Assembly (NCBI GenBank): GCA_016124905.1
Contig: WGMV01000008.1
Span: 110,521-174,520 of the forward strand
Direction of reading: 5' to 3'
DNA length: 64,000 nt
DNA from: a bacterium
GTDB taxonomy: Bacteria > Pseudomonadota > Alphaproteobacteria > Rickettsiales > RI-342
The notes beneath the pieces were generated by a model. The model saw only the letters and a program-made list of their open reading frames with translations. It was not told the origin of the DNA and did not search any database. This document shows positions 36,347-44,509 of this stretch, one piece after another. Position 1 is the stretch's first letter. Each line of letters opens with the position of its first letter. The position numbers and the translations under genes were made by a program.

Positions 36347-37636
36347 CTATAAATCAGCGATCCTGAGCATCAGCGGCTCATCCAAACAAAAATCCAACTG
36401 GCCAATGCGCGTCAGCGCCTGACTCAGCGAGCCCTCACGCACCGGGTGCACCACAATCACCACATCCACCGGCTCCGCCGGTTTGTAGGAATGCTGAATG
36501 CAGGCTTTGACCGACACGTTATGGCGGTAGAACACATCGCTGATGGCCGCCAGCACGCCGGGGCGATCCACCACGCGGAAGCGGATATAGCAGCTCGCCA
36601 CACGGTCTGCCGCAGGGAAAATGGCAGGCGTGGCCAGCTTATCGGCAGGCAGCCCGAACGGGTACAGATGGTGCCCGCGCGCAATCGCCACCACATCGGC
36701 CATCACGGCGCTGGCCGTGGCATCGCCGCCCGCGCCGCGTCCTTCGATGAACATCGGTCCGGCAGCATGGCTCAGCACTTCCACGGCGTTATATTCCGCC
36801 GATACCTTGCCCATCGGCTGATTGGTGCCCACCAGGAACGGATGCACCCGCTGCGACAGCCGGTCCTCGATCCACTCGGCAATGCCAAGCAGCTTGATAT
36901 GAAAGCCCAGGCTCTTGGCATAGTCGATATCCTGCGGCGTAATCCGGCGGATACCCTCCACCTCCACATGGTCGAAATCCACCTGCGCGCCAAAAGCGAG
37001 GCTGGCCAGAATCGCCAGCTTATGCGCGGAATCGATCCCATCAATGTCAAAGCTCGGGTCTGCTTCTGCAAAGCCCAAATCCTGCGCCTCGCGCAGAATC
37101 ACCTCAAACGGCTGGCCGGATTTCTCCATGCTGGTCAGCATAAAGTTGCAGGTGCCGTTCAAAATCCCCGCCACGCGCGAAATCCGGTTGGCCGCCAGCC
37201 CTTCACGCAAAACGGAAAGGATCGGGATTGCCCCTGCCACCGCCGCCTCGAAACGCAGCGCCACCTGATGCTTCTCCGCCAGCTTGGCCAGTTCATGCCC
37301 GTGCTGGGCGATCATCGCCTTGTTGGCGGTAATGACATGCTTGCCGTTTTTCAGCGCCAGCCTGCACAGCTCCAGCGCCATGCCCTCGGCCCCGCCGATC
37401 AGCTCCACCACCGCATCCACGCTTTTATCCTTGGCCAGCTCCAGCGGGTGCTCCGCCCAGCTGTAGCCGTCCAGCTTCACGCTGCGGTTCTTCGTGCGGC
37501 TATGCGCGCTGACGGAGGTGATGCGCACCGGCATGCCCGCGCGGGCGGCCAGCAAATCGGCCTGCTGCTGCACCAGCCGCACCACGCCGCTGCCAACCGT
37601 TCCAAGCCCTGCAATGCCCAGCCGTAATTCGTCCAT
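36347..37636 (-). CDS. hom: homoserine dehydrogenase
   Basis: N-terminal Rossmann LGIAGLGTVGSGV, a catalytic domain and a C-terminal ACT domain (YIRFRVVDRPGVLAAISDVF). Confidence 0.95.
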   Translation of the reverse strand: MDELRLGIAGLGTVGSGVVRLVQQQADLLAARAGMPVRITSVSAHSRTKNRSVKLDGYSWAEHPLELAKDKSVDAVVELIGGAEGMALELCRLALKNGKHVITANKAMIAQHGHELAKLAEKHQVALRFEAAVAGAIPILSVLREGLAANRISRVAGILNGTCNFMLTSMEKSGQPFEVILREAQDLGFAEADPSFDIDGIDSAHKLAILASLAFGAQVDFDHVEVEGIRRITPQDIDYAKSLGFHIKLLGIAEWIEDRLSQRVHPFLVGTNQPMGKVSAEYNAVEVLSHAAGPMFIEGRGAGGDATASAVMADVVAIARGHHLYPFGLPADKLATPAIFPAADRVASCYIRFRVVDRPGVLAAISDVFYRHNVSVKACIQHSYKPAEPVDVVIVVHPVREGSLSQALTRIGQLDFCLDEPLMLRIADL

Positions 37637-37815
37637 ACTCTCATGGCCCCGAAAATGAACCGGTATAAATAAAGACTTTCAGGGAATTTGTATAGCGTAA
37701 CGAAACATGCTGTGTTGGAGCAGATGGACTGGGCCATCCATGCGGAGCATGGCAAACGAAAAGGCCCCGCCCGCTAATGCGGGCGTAACCCTGCGCGAAG
37801 AGCAGGTTAGGAAAG

Positions 37816-37848
37816 GTATGGCAACTAACCATCGGTTGGTTGCCATAC
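37816..37848 (+). promoter_or_regulatory. 15-bp-arm hairpin GTATGGCAACTAACC-ATC-GGTTGGTTGCCATAC in the leader of the decarboxylase gene
   Basis: Read directly. The single arm mismatch is a G-U pair in + strand RNA but an A-C mismatch in - strand RNA. It lies 65 nt upstream of ATG 37913. Confidence 0.4.
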
Positions 37849-37912
37849 AGTCGCTTGCAAAGCGCACGAAACCTTCTACAAAAGCCCATTATAATAATGA
37901 CAGGGCAAGAAC

Positions 37913-39610
37913 ATGGCCAAGCAACAAACCATCGGCGAATTCCTTTTCGACTACATCCACAAAAAAGGCGCGCGCCACGTCTTCGGCATTCCGGGTGACT
38001 TTGCTTTGCCCACCTTCCGCTGGCTGGAAAAAGCCCCGCTTGAGATCATCACCATGACGCACGAGCCCTCCGTCGGCTTCGCCGCCGACGCCTACGCCCG
38101 CCAGATGGGCCTTGGCGTGGCGCTGGTCACCTATTGCGTCGGCGGCCTCAACCTGCTCAACCCCGTCGCCTGCGCCTATGCCGAAAAAAGCCCGCTGCTG
38201 GTCATCTCCGGCGGCCCGAGCCCGCGTGAGCGCTCCGGCGATACCATGATCCATCACAAGGTCCGCACCTTCGACACCCAGCGCCGCATCTTCGAGGAAG
38301 TCACCTGCGCCAACACCGTGCTGACCGACCCCGAAACCGCGGCCAACGAAATCATGCGCGTCATCGATGCCGTGATGGACCAGTGCCGCCCTGGTTACAT
38401 CGAAGTACCCTACGATGTGGTCGATCTCCCCATTTCTCCGCCGCAGCCCCGCGCCAAAGAAGTCGTCATCTCCGACGCCAAGGTGCTGGAAGCCGGCATC
38501 GCCGATGCGGTGGAATTCATCAACAGGGCCAAACAGCCCGTCATCATCGCGGGGGTGGAACTCCACCGCCACGGCATCACCGACAAGGCCGTGGAAATCG
38601 CCAAGGCCTTTAACATCCCCATTGCCGCCGACATCCTTTCCAAATCCGTCATCCGCGAGACCAACCCTCACTATATCGGCGTCTTCTCCGGCAACCTGTC
38701 GGACCCCAAATGCCAGGAATATGTCGATAAAAGCGATTGCGTCATCCTCCTCGGCACCTTCGTGACAGATGTTTTCTTCGGCTTCATCCCGAACGAACTG
38801 GACAAATCCGGCACCATCCTGGTGACCACCGAGAAATGCCGCGTCGGCTACCGCACCTACGACAATGTGCGCATGGATGATTTCATGGACGCGCTGCTGA
38901 AAGCCCCCGTGAAAAAGCGCGAGGATTTCGTCAATCCCAACCCCGCCAAAACGATGGAACCGCTTTCCGATGCCGACATGAAGGGCGAGCTGAAAGTGCC
39001 GCATTTCTTCAACGTGCTCGCCGCCAACCTGGGCGAGGACGACACGCTCACCTGCGACGTGGGCGATGCGCTTTTCGGCGCGGTGGAACTGCGCACCCGC
39101 CAGCGCAGCAATTTCATTGCCGATGCGTTTTACCTCTCCATGGGCTTTGCCGTGCCTGCCGCCCTTGGGGCGATTGCCGCCAAACGCGCCCTAAGCAAGG
39201 ATGCGGGCAAGGGCATCGGCAACGGTCGCGTCTTTGCACTGGTGGGCGATGGCGCTTTCCAGATGACCGGCATCGAATATTCCTCCGCCGCGCGCTTCAA
39301 GATGGCCCCCATTGTGATTGTGATGAACAACGACGGCTACGGCACCCAGCGCCACATCATCGACGGCCCCTTCAACAACCTCCAGCGCTGGAACTATCAC
39401 AAGGTGCCGGAGATGGTCGGCGTTGGCAAAGGCCTGAAGGTCTCCACACCCGCCGAATTCGACGCCGCGTTGAAAGAAGCCATCGCCAGCGATCAGCCCT
39501 ACCTGATCGAGGCTATCATCCCGCGCAATTCCAGCAGCAACTCGCTGGTGCGTGTGGGGGAGGGACTCTCCAGCCAGCGCGACGCCACCAAGCGCACAAA
39601 AGCCGCTTGA
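37913..39610 (+). CDS. thiamine-diphosphate-dependent alpha-keto acid decarboxylase (indolepyruvate/phenylpyruvate decarboxylase family)
   Basis: TIGEFLFDYIHKKGARHVFGIPGDFALP at the N terminus and the TPP motif GDGAFQMTGIEYSSAARFKMAPIVIVMNNDGY. Confidence 0.85.
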   Translation: MAKQQTIGEFLFDYIHKKGARHVFGIPGDFALPTFRWLEKAPLEIITMTHEPSVGFAADAYARQMGLGVALVTYCVGGLNLLNPVACAYAEKSPLLVISGGPSPRERSGDTMIHHKVRTFDTQRRIFEEVTCANTVLTDPETAANEIMRVIDAVMDQCRPGYIEVPYDVVDLPISPPQPRAKEVVISDAKVLEAGIADAVEFINRAKQPVIIAGVELHRHGITDKAVEIAKAFNIPIAADILSKSVIRETNPHYIGVFSGNLSDPKCQEYVDKSDCVILLGTFVTDVFFGFIPNELDKSGTILVTTEKCRVGYRTYDNVRMDDFMDALLKAPVKKREDFVNPNPAKTMEPLSDADMKGELKVPHFFNVLAANLGEDDTLTCDVGDALFGAVELRTRQRSNFIADAFYLSMGFAVPAALGAIAAKRALSKDAGKGIGNGRVFALVGDGAFQMTGIEYSSAARFKMAPIVIVMNNDGYGTQRHIIDGPFNNLQRWNYHKVPEMVGVGKGLKVSTPAEFDAALKEAIASDQPYLIEAIIPRNSSSNSLVRVGEGLSSQRDATKRTKAA

Positions 39611-39692
39611 TTTTTTAGCGGTTTGGGTCTTTTGTGCCTTCCGCGGTGCAGCATTTGCCTGAACCGCACGGATAGATATTGAGGTAAGATCA

Positions 39693-41675
39693 ATGAAAAA
39701 ACTCGTCATTTTCCTTCTGGTAATCGCCGCCCTCATCGGCGCGGCCTGGGTAGCCATCCCCATGCTGGTATCGAAGGAAAAGGTCGTGGCCATGGTGGCC
39801 GAGCAGGTGAAAGCCAAAACCGGGCGTGACCTGAAAATCACCGGCGATGTCTCCGTCGGCATCTGGCCCAACATCGCCGTCAACCTGGGCGATGTCTCCC
39901 TCAGCAACGCCCCCTGGGCGAGCGACCCCACCATGCTGACGATGAAGAAACTCTCCGTCTCGCTTCAGGTGATGCCGCTGCTCAAAAAAGAGATCCGCGT
40001 CGATGAACTCACCCTCATCGAGCCGGTCGTGTTTCTGGAAAAGAACGCCAAAGGCCAGGCCAACTGGCAGTTCGAAACCGCCTATGACCTTCTCTCCCGC
40101 CGCGTGAACGTGGCCGACAATGCCCCCGCGCAGCAGCAGGCAGGCGCCATTCCCGCGCTGGCCGCCATTTCACTCAGCAAGGTGACGATCGAGAACGGCT
40201 CTATCAATTATCAGGACAAGGCCTCCAAAACCGCGCAAAGCGTCCATGAGCTCGACCTCAAGCTGGGGCTGAAGAATCTTTCCGACCCGCTTGAGCTGGA
40301 CGCCAAGGCCGAGTTCCAGGGCAAGCCCATTTCCGTCAAAGGCAACCTGGCCAGCGTGCAGCGCTATCTGGATGGCGAGGCCCCCGCCGTGAAGGCCGAG
40401 CTCACCTATGCCGGTCTGAAAACCGTGTTCGATGGCACGCTCAACCCTTCCACCAAAGCACCTGGCGTGCAGGGCAACATGGTGGTGAATGCCGATAACC
40501 TGGCCGATGTCCTCGGCAAATTCGGCATCAAAACCGGCATGCCCGACGGCACGCTGAAAAATTTCATGCTCAAAGGCGCGCTTCGCGCCAACGAAGCCGA
40601 AGTGGCGCTGGAACATTCCCACCTGGTGCTGGATGCCGTGGAACTGGACGGCACCATGCGTGCCAACATCGCGGGTAAAACCCCCGCCATCCGCCTGGAC
40701 CTCGCCGGTCCCGCGCTCGACCTCTCTCCTTATTTCCCGAAAAAGCAAGCCGATGGCTCCGCCTGGATGCCGAGCTGGATCAGCGATGCCCATGCCGAAG
40801 CCATGCCCTACAGCACCGAGGCGTTTGACCTGAAAGCGCTGAAAAGCCTGGATTTCGGGGGCAAGTTCAAATTCGGCAAATTGATCTTCCATCAATTCAC
40901 CCTCAGCAATGTCGTGTCCGATGCCGTGGTGAAAAACGGCCGCGCCAATTTCAGCATTCCCGCCATGCAGCTTTTCAGCGGCGCGGGTGACCTGGAGGTG
41001 ACGCTGGATGCCAACGGCACGCCCGCCCTCACGCTTGCCAGCAAGCTCACTGGCATTCAGGTCGAGCCGCTGCTGATCGCCCTCAACAACATCGACAAGC
41101 TCACCGGCAAGGGCAATGCGGTTATCAACGTTTCCGGCACCGGCACCAGCGTGCAGGGCATCATGAACAGCCTTGGCGGCATGGCGGATATCCGCTTGAA
41201 AGACGGCAAGATCAAAGGCATCGACCTGGCCCAGGCCATGCGCGATCTCAAATCCGTCTTCAACCCCGCGCGCGACAGCACCCCCCGTTCTACCGACTTC
41301 AGCGAGTTCGGCGGCAGCTTTGCCATCAAACAGGGCGTAGCACATACGGAAGACCTCGCCATGATGGCCCCCTTCGCCCGCCTCACGGCGCAAGGCGATG
41401 TGGACATCGCCCGCCAGCGTTTCGACATGAAGGTCCAGCCCCGTGTCGTCGGCTCCATGAAAGGCCAGGGTGGCGAGCTGAACAACAAGGGCCTGATGGT
41501 CCCCCTCAAGGTCAGCGGCCCCTTCAACGATCCTTCCATTGCGCCGGACCTGGAAGCCATCCAGAAGGAAGTCTTCAAGCCTGAAAATATCCAAAAAGCC
41601 ATCCAGGACCCCAAAGCTGCCAAAGAACAGATCAAGGAACTCGGCAAGCAGCTCAACCTGAAAAAGCTCTTTTAG
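39693..41675 (+). CDS. AsmA-family outer-membrane biogenesis protein
   Basis: N-terminal anchor plus an AsmA-type beta-rich repeat architecture (GRDLKITGDVSVGIWPNIAVNLGDVSLSN...). The C-terminal AsmA_2-like region includes GKIKGIDLAQ. Confidence 0.8.
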   Translation: MKKLVIFLLVIAALIGAAWVAIPMLVSKEKVVAMVAEQVKAKTGRDLKITGDVSVGIWPNIAVNLGDVSLSNAPWASDPTMLTMKKLSVSLQVMPLLKKEIRVDELTLIEPVVFLEKNAKGQANWQFETAYDLLSRRVNVADNAPAQQQAGAIPALAAISLSKVTIENGSINYQDKASKTAQSVHELDLKLGLKNLSDPLELDAKAEFQGKPISVKGNLASVQRYLDGEAPAVKAELTYAGLKTVFDGTLNPSTKAPGVQGNMVVNADNLADVLGKFGIKTGMPDGTLKNFMLKGALRANEAEVALEHSHLVLDAVELDGTMRANIAGKTPAIRLDLAGPALDLSPYFPKKQADGSAWMPSWISDAHAEAMPYSTEAFDLKALKSLDFGGKFKFGKLIFHQFTLSNVVSDAVVKNGRANFSIPAMQLFSGAGDLEVTLDANGTPALTLASKLTGIQVEPLLIALNNIDKLTGKGNAVINVSGTGTSVQGIMNSLGGMADIRLKDGKIKGIDLAQAMRDLKSVFNPARDSTPRSTDFSEFGGSFAIKQGVAHTEDLAMMAPFARLTAQGDVDIARQRFDMKVQPRVVGSMKGQGGELNNKGLMVPLKVSGPFNDPSIAPDLEAIQKEVFKPENIQKAIQDPKAAKEQIKELGKQLNLKKLF

Positions 41676-41691
41676 TTAATTTTTTAACTAA
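41672..41691 (+). promoter_or_regulatory. AT-only palindrome TTAGTTAA-TTTT-TTAACTAA (includes TTAGTTAATTTTTTAAC) upstream of the 364-aa gene
   Basis: Read directly. It is a perfect 8-4-8 inverted repeat that overlaps the asmA stop codon, about 50 nt before ATG 41741. Confidence 0.5.
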
Positions 41692-41740
41692 TTTTTGATG
41701 CCGGGACGGTATCCTTCTCTCAACAAGAGAGGGGTTCTTC

Positions 41741-42835
41741 ATGGCCATCCGAACCACGCGCACGGGCAGACTGAATGACGATGTTTCCGATTGCGCCATT
41801 CACTTCCATACGGACAGCAATACGTTTGATCTGGTGATCCATGTCAAACCTGCGCTGGGCTGGGCCCGGCTGGAACGGGAAAATGTTGAACAATGGCTAA
41901 GCGATACAGGCATGGGGAACATAGGTGACCGGCTGAGCTTTACCCACGTGAATCTTCAGAGCGGTGAACACCAGGAGCATGATATTCGCCTTCAGGGGCT
42001 GGATATCCGCGAATTGTTGACCATCACGCGCGCTGCGCGCGCCACGTCGCCCATCGGCAGGCATGGCGGCCTGTTGGCCACTCAGGCTGAAAACTTTACG
42101 GAAACCATGGCCTATGCCGAAATCATGGGGCATGACCTGAACGCCCGCATCGGCATGGTGATGGGCGAAATGAGGGTGGAGGAACCTACACCCTCCAACG
42201 CCGTTATATCTGCGAAAACATTGCCCCACAATGTATGGCATACGGCGACGGAGGAACTCTCCGGTGGTGCTCTGACCAAGATATTCATCGCGGTGCCCGA
42301 TACCGATGTGCTGGGTAAAGGTAACGCAGCCGATGGCAGTGACCCCGATATATTATTCGAAATTTCCATGAATCGGGAATGTTTAGGCAATGCATTTGCC
42401 GCGCAGAATATAGCGCGTAATATCCGCGAAATCATGGGGCTGGAACTCAGGGGACAAGTCACCAGACCCGGCAGTCTCGATGCCGACAATCTGTTGGAGG
42501 ATGACAAACTATTCGCCTCGATTAGCTTTGAAGGCACCCCCCGCCAGGGACGCATGCTGGCGGAATGTTATGAAGCGGATAGCGAGGTTCACTTTAACCT
42601 GCGCGTGCCCACCAGTTCCGGTCATCAGGTGGCAGAAATCCTTAATATGCTGCTGAGCGAAAAAGGCGTGGGTGATGACGGCAAACCGCTGGTAACGACG
42701 GAAGTCGCCGCGCACATCCGCTCCACCATTGCCGAAGTTTACAGCCCGCCCGACATTGCCGGTCAGGTCAATGAAACCGGCAGCGACATTCCCGGACCGC
42801 CGGACCCGGCACAAAGCGCCGCCATCTGGAACTGA
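41741..42835 (+). CDS. orphan protein (364 aa), upstream member of module locus B
   Basis: ATG with a GAGAGGGG SD. No recognisable domain, signal peptide or TM. Looks lower in GC than its flanks (by eye). Confidence 0.7.
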   Translation: MAIRTTRTGRLNDDVSDCAIHFHTDSNTFDLVIHVKPALGWARLERENVEQWLSDTGMGNIGDRLSFTHVNLQSGEHQEHDIRLQGLDIRELLTITRAARATSPIGRHGGLLATQAENFTETMAYAEIMGHDLNARIGMVMGEMRVEEPTPSNAVISAKTLPHNVWHTATEELSGGALTKIFIAVPDTDVLGKGNAADGSDPDILFEISMNRECLGNAFAAQNIARNIREIMGLELRGQVTRPGSLDADNLLEDDKLFASISFEGTPRQGRMLAECYEADSEVHFNLRVPTSSGHQVAEILNMLLSEKGVGDDGKPLVTTEVAAHIRSTIAEVYSPPDIAGQVNETGSDIPGPPDPAQSAAIWN

Positions 42836-42840
42836 CGCCC

Positions 42841-43113
42841 ATGCTTGGCCACCACCAGAAAATGCTTGTGAAGCGCAAAAACCCCGCCGTTTGCCTTTTT
42901 TCAGCAACCACATGGCTCGGCCAGGCCTGGTATTTTGTGGCCGTTATGCCCGAAAAATACCAGGCCTGCATGGACGCCCTGAAGCAGGGAAACGTGGAAT
43001 TCGGCAAATACGGCGTCATTCTGGAAAAGGGCTTTGGCGGCCGCCCTCCGGAGGAAATCATCCATAAAATGACCCAAGAATACGGATTTGCCCCCTCAGC
43101 CAATGCTTCATAA
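42841..43113 (+). CDS. small partner protein (90 aa), homologue of 5226-5504
   Basis: Starts 5 nt after the upstream stop and aligns over its full length with the 92-aa protein of locus A. An alternative start is Met8 at 42862. Confidence 0.65.
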   Translation: MLGHHQKMLVKRKNPAVCLFSATTWLGQAWYFVAVMPEKYQACMDALKQGNVEFGKYGVILEKGFGGRPPEEIIHKMTQEYGFAPSANAS

Positions 43114-43220
43114 GCATTATTTGGCCCTAAAACCCTCGCTTCGCTTGACCGGAAGCCGTTAATTTTCTATTGCGTAGGACCATTCCAATCCACGCAATGA
43201 CAAAGGTTAACGGCGCTTTC

Positions 43221-44132
43221 ATGGCACCGCTCAGTTTCCAGCAGCTTATCCTGACGCTTCAGCAATTCTGGGCAGAGCAGGGCTGCGCCATCGTCCAGCC
43301 ATATGACGTGGAAATGGGCGCGGGCACCTTCCACCCCGCCACGCTGTTGCGCTCCCTCGGTCCGCACCACTGGCGCACCGCCTATGTGCAGCCCAGCCGT
43401 CGCCCTGCAGATGGCCGCTACGGTGAAAACCCCAACCGGCTCCAGCATTATTACCAGTTCCAGGTGCTGATGAAGCCCGCGCCGGAAAATATCCAGGAAC
43501 TCTACCTGCAAAGCCTCGCCCGCATCGGCATCGACCTTGCCAACCACGACATCCGCTTCGTGGAGGACGACTGGGAATCGCCCACACTCGGCGCCGCCGG
43601 CCTCGGCTGGGAAGTCTGGTGCGACGGCATGGAGGTCACCCAGTTCACCTATTTCCAGCAGGTCGGCGGCATTGAATGCTCGCCCGTTTCCGGCGAGATC
43701 ACCTACGGGCTGGAGCGCCTGGCCATGTACATCCAGGGCAAGGAATCCGTCTACGATCTGGACTGGAACGGCGTGGAAGGCGAGGGCAACATCACCTACG
43801 GCGACGTGTTCCTGGAAAATGAGCGTCAGTTCTCCGCCTATGACCTCGAAGCCGCCAACGTCGAGATGCTGCTGCGCCATTTTGAGGATGCCGAAACCGA
43901 ATGCCGCCACCTGCTGGCCCGCAAGCTGGTGCTGCCCGCCTATGATCAGTGCATCAAAGCCAGCCACAATTTCAACCTGCTGGATGCCCGCGGTGCCATC
44001 AGCGTCACCGAGCGCGCGGCCTACATCGCCCGCGTCCGCACGCTGGCCAAAAGTTGCGCCGAAGGCTGGATGGCCCATGAACAAAAACAATTCACCACAA
44101 AAGACTCCAAAGAATTGAAAGGAGCCGCCTAA
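43221..44132 (+). CDS. glyQ: glycine-tRNA ligase alpha subunit
   Basis: [42 protein letters not shown] and the typical length. Start is 43221 or 43197. Confidence 0.96.
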   Translation: MAPLSFQQLILTLQQFWAEQGCAIVQPYDVEMGAGTFHPATLLRSLGPHHWRTAYVQPSRRPADGRYGENPNRLQHYYQFQVLMKPAPENIQELYLQSLARIGIDLANHDIRFVEDDWESPTLGAAGLGWEVWCDGMEVTQFTYFQQVGGIECSPVSGEITYGLERLAMYIQGKESVYDLDWNGVEGEGNITYGDVFLENERQFSAYDLEAANVEMLLRHFEDAETECRHLLARKLVLPAYDQCIKASHNFNLLDARGAISVTERAAYIARVRTLAKSCAEGWMAHEQKQFTTKDSKELKGAA

Positions 44133-44509
44133 TGCAAGTCACCATGATGAAGGGCAAGATCCACCGCGCCACCATCACCGAAACCTGCCTGAGCTACGAA
44201 GGCTCCATCACCGTGGATCCGCTGCTCTACGAAGCCGCCGGCATTCTCCCCTATGAACAGGTGGACGTGCTGGACGTGCAAAGCGGCGCGCGCTTCACCA
44301 CCTATGTGATTTCCGGCGAACGCAACACGGGTGAGATTCAGGTCAACGGCGCCGCCGCCCGCCTGGTGCAGAAGGGCGACGAGGTCATCATCATCGCCTA
44401 TGCCCGCATGAACGAGATGGAAGCCCGCAACCACGACCCCAAAGTGGTGCTGGTCAACGGCAAGAACCAAATCATCCCGCAACCACGTGCAAAGGCAAAG
44501 GCGGCATAA
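44132..44509 (+). CDS. panD: aspartate 1-decarboxylase
   Basis: MMKGKIHRATITETCLSYEGSITVD has the Gly24-Ser25 self-processing site at the same position as E. coli PanD. There is an AAAGGAG SD, and TAATG overlaps occur at both ends. Confidence 0.95.
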   Translation: MQVTMMKGKIHRATITETCLSYEGSITVDPLLYEAAGILPYEQVDVLDVQSGARFTTYVISGERNTGEIQVNGAAARLVQKGDEVIIIAYARMNEMEARNHDPKVVLVNGKNQIIPQPRAKAKAA

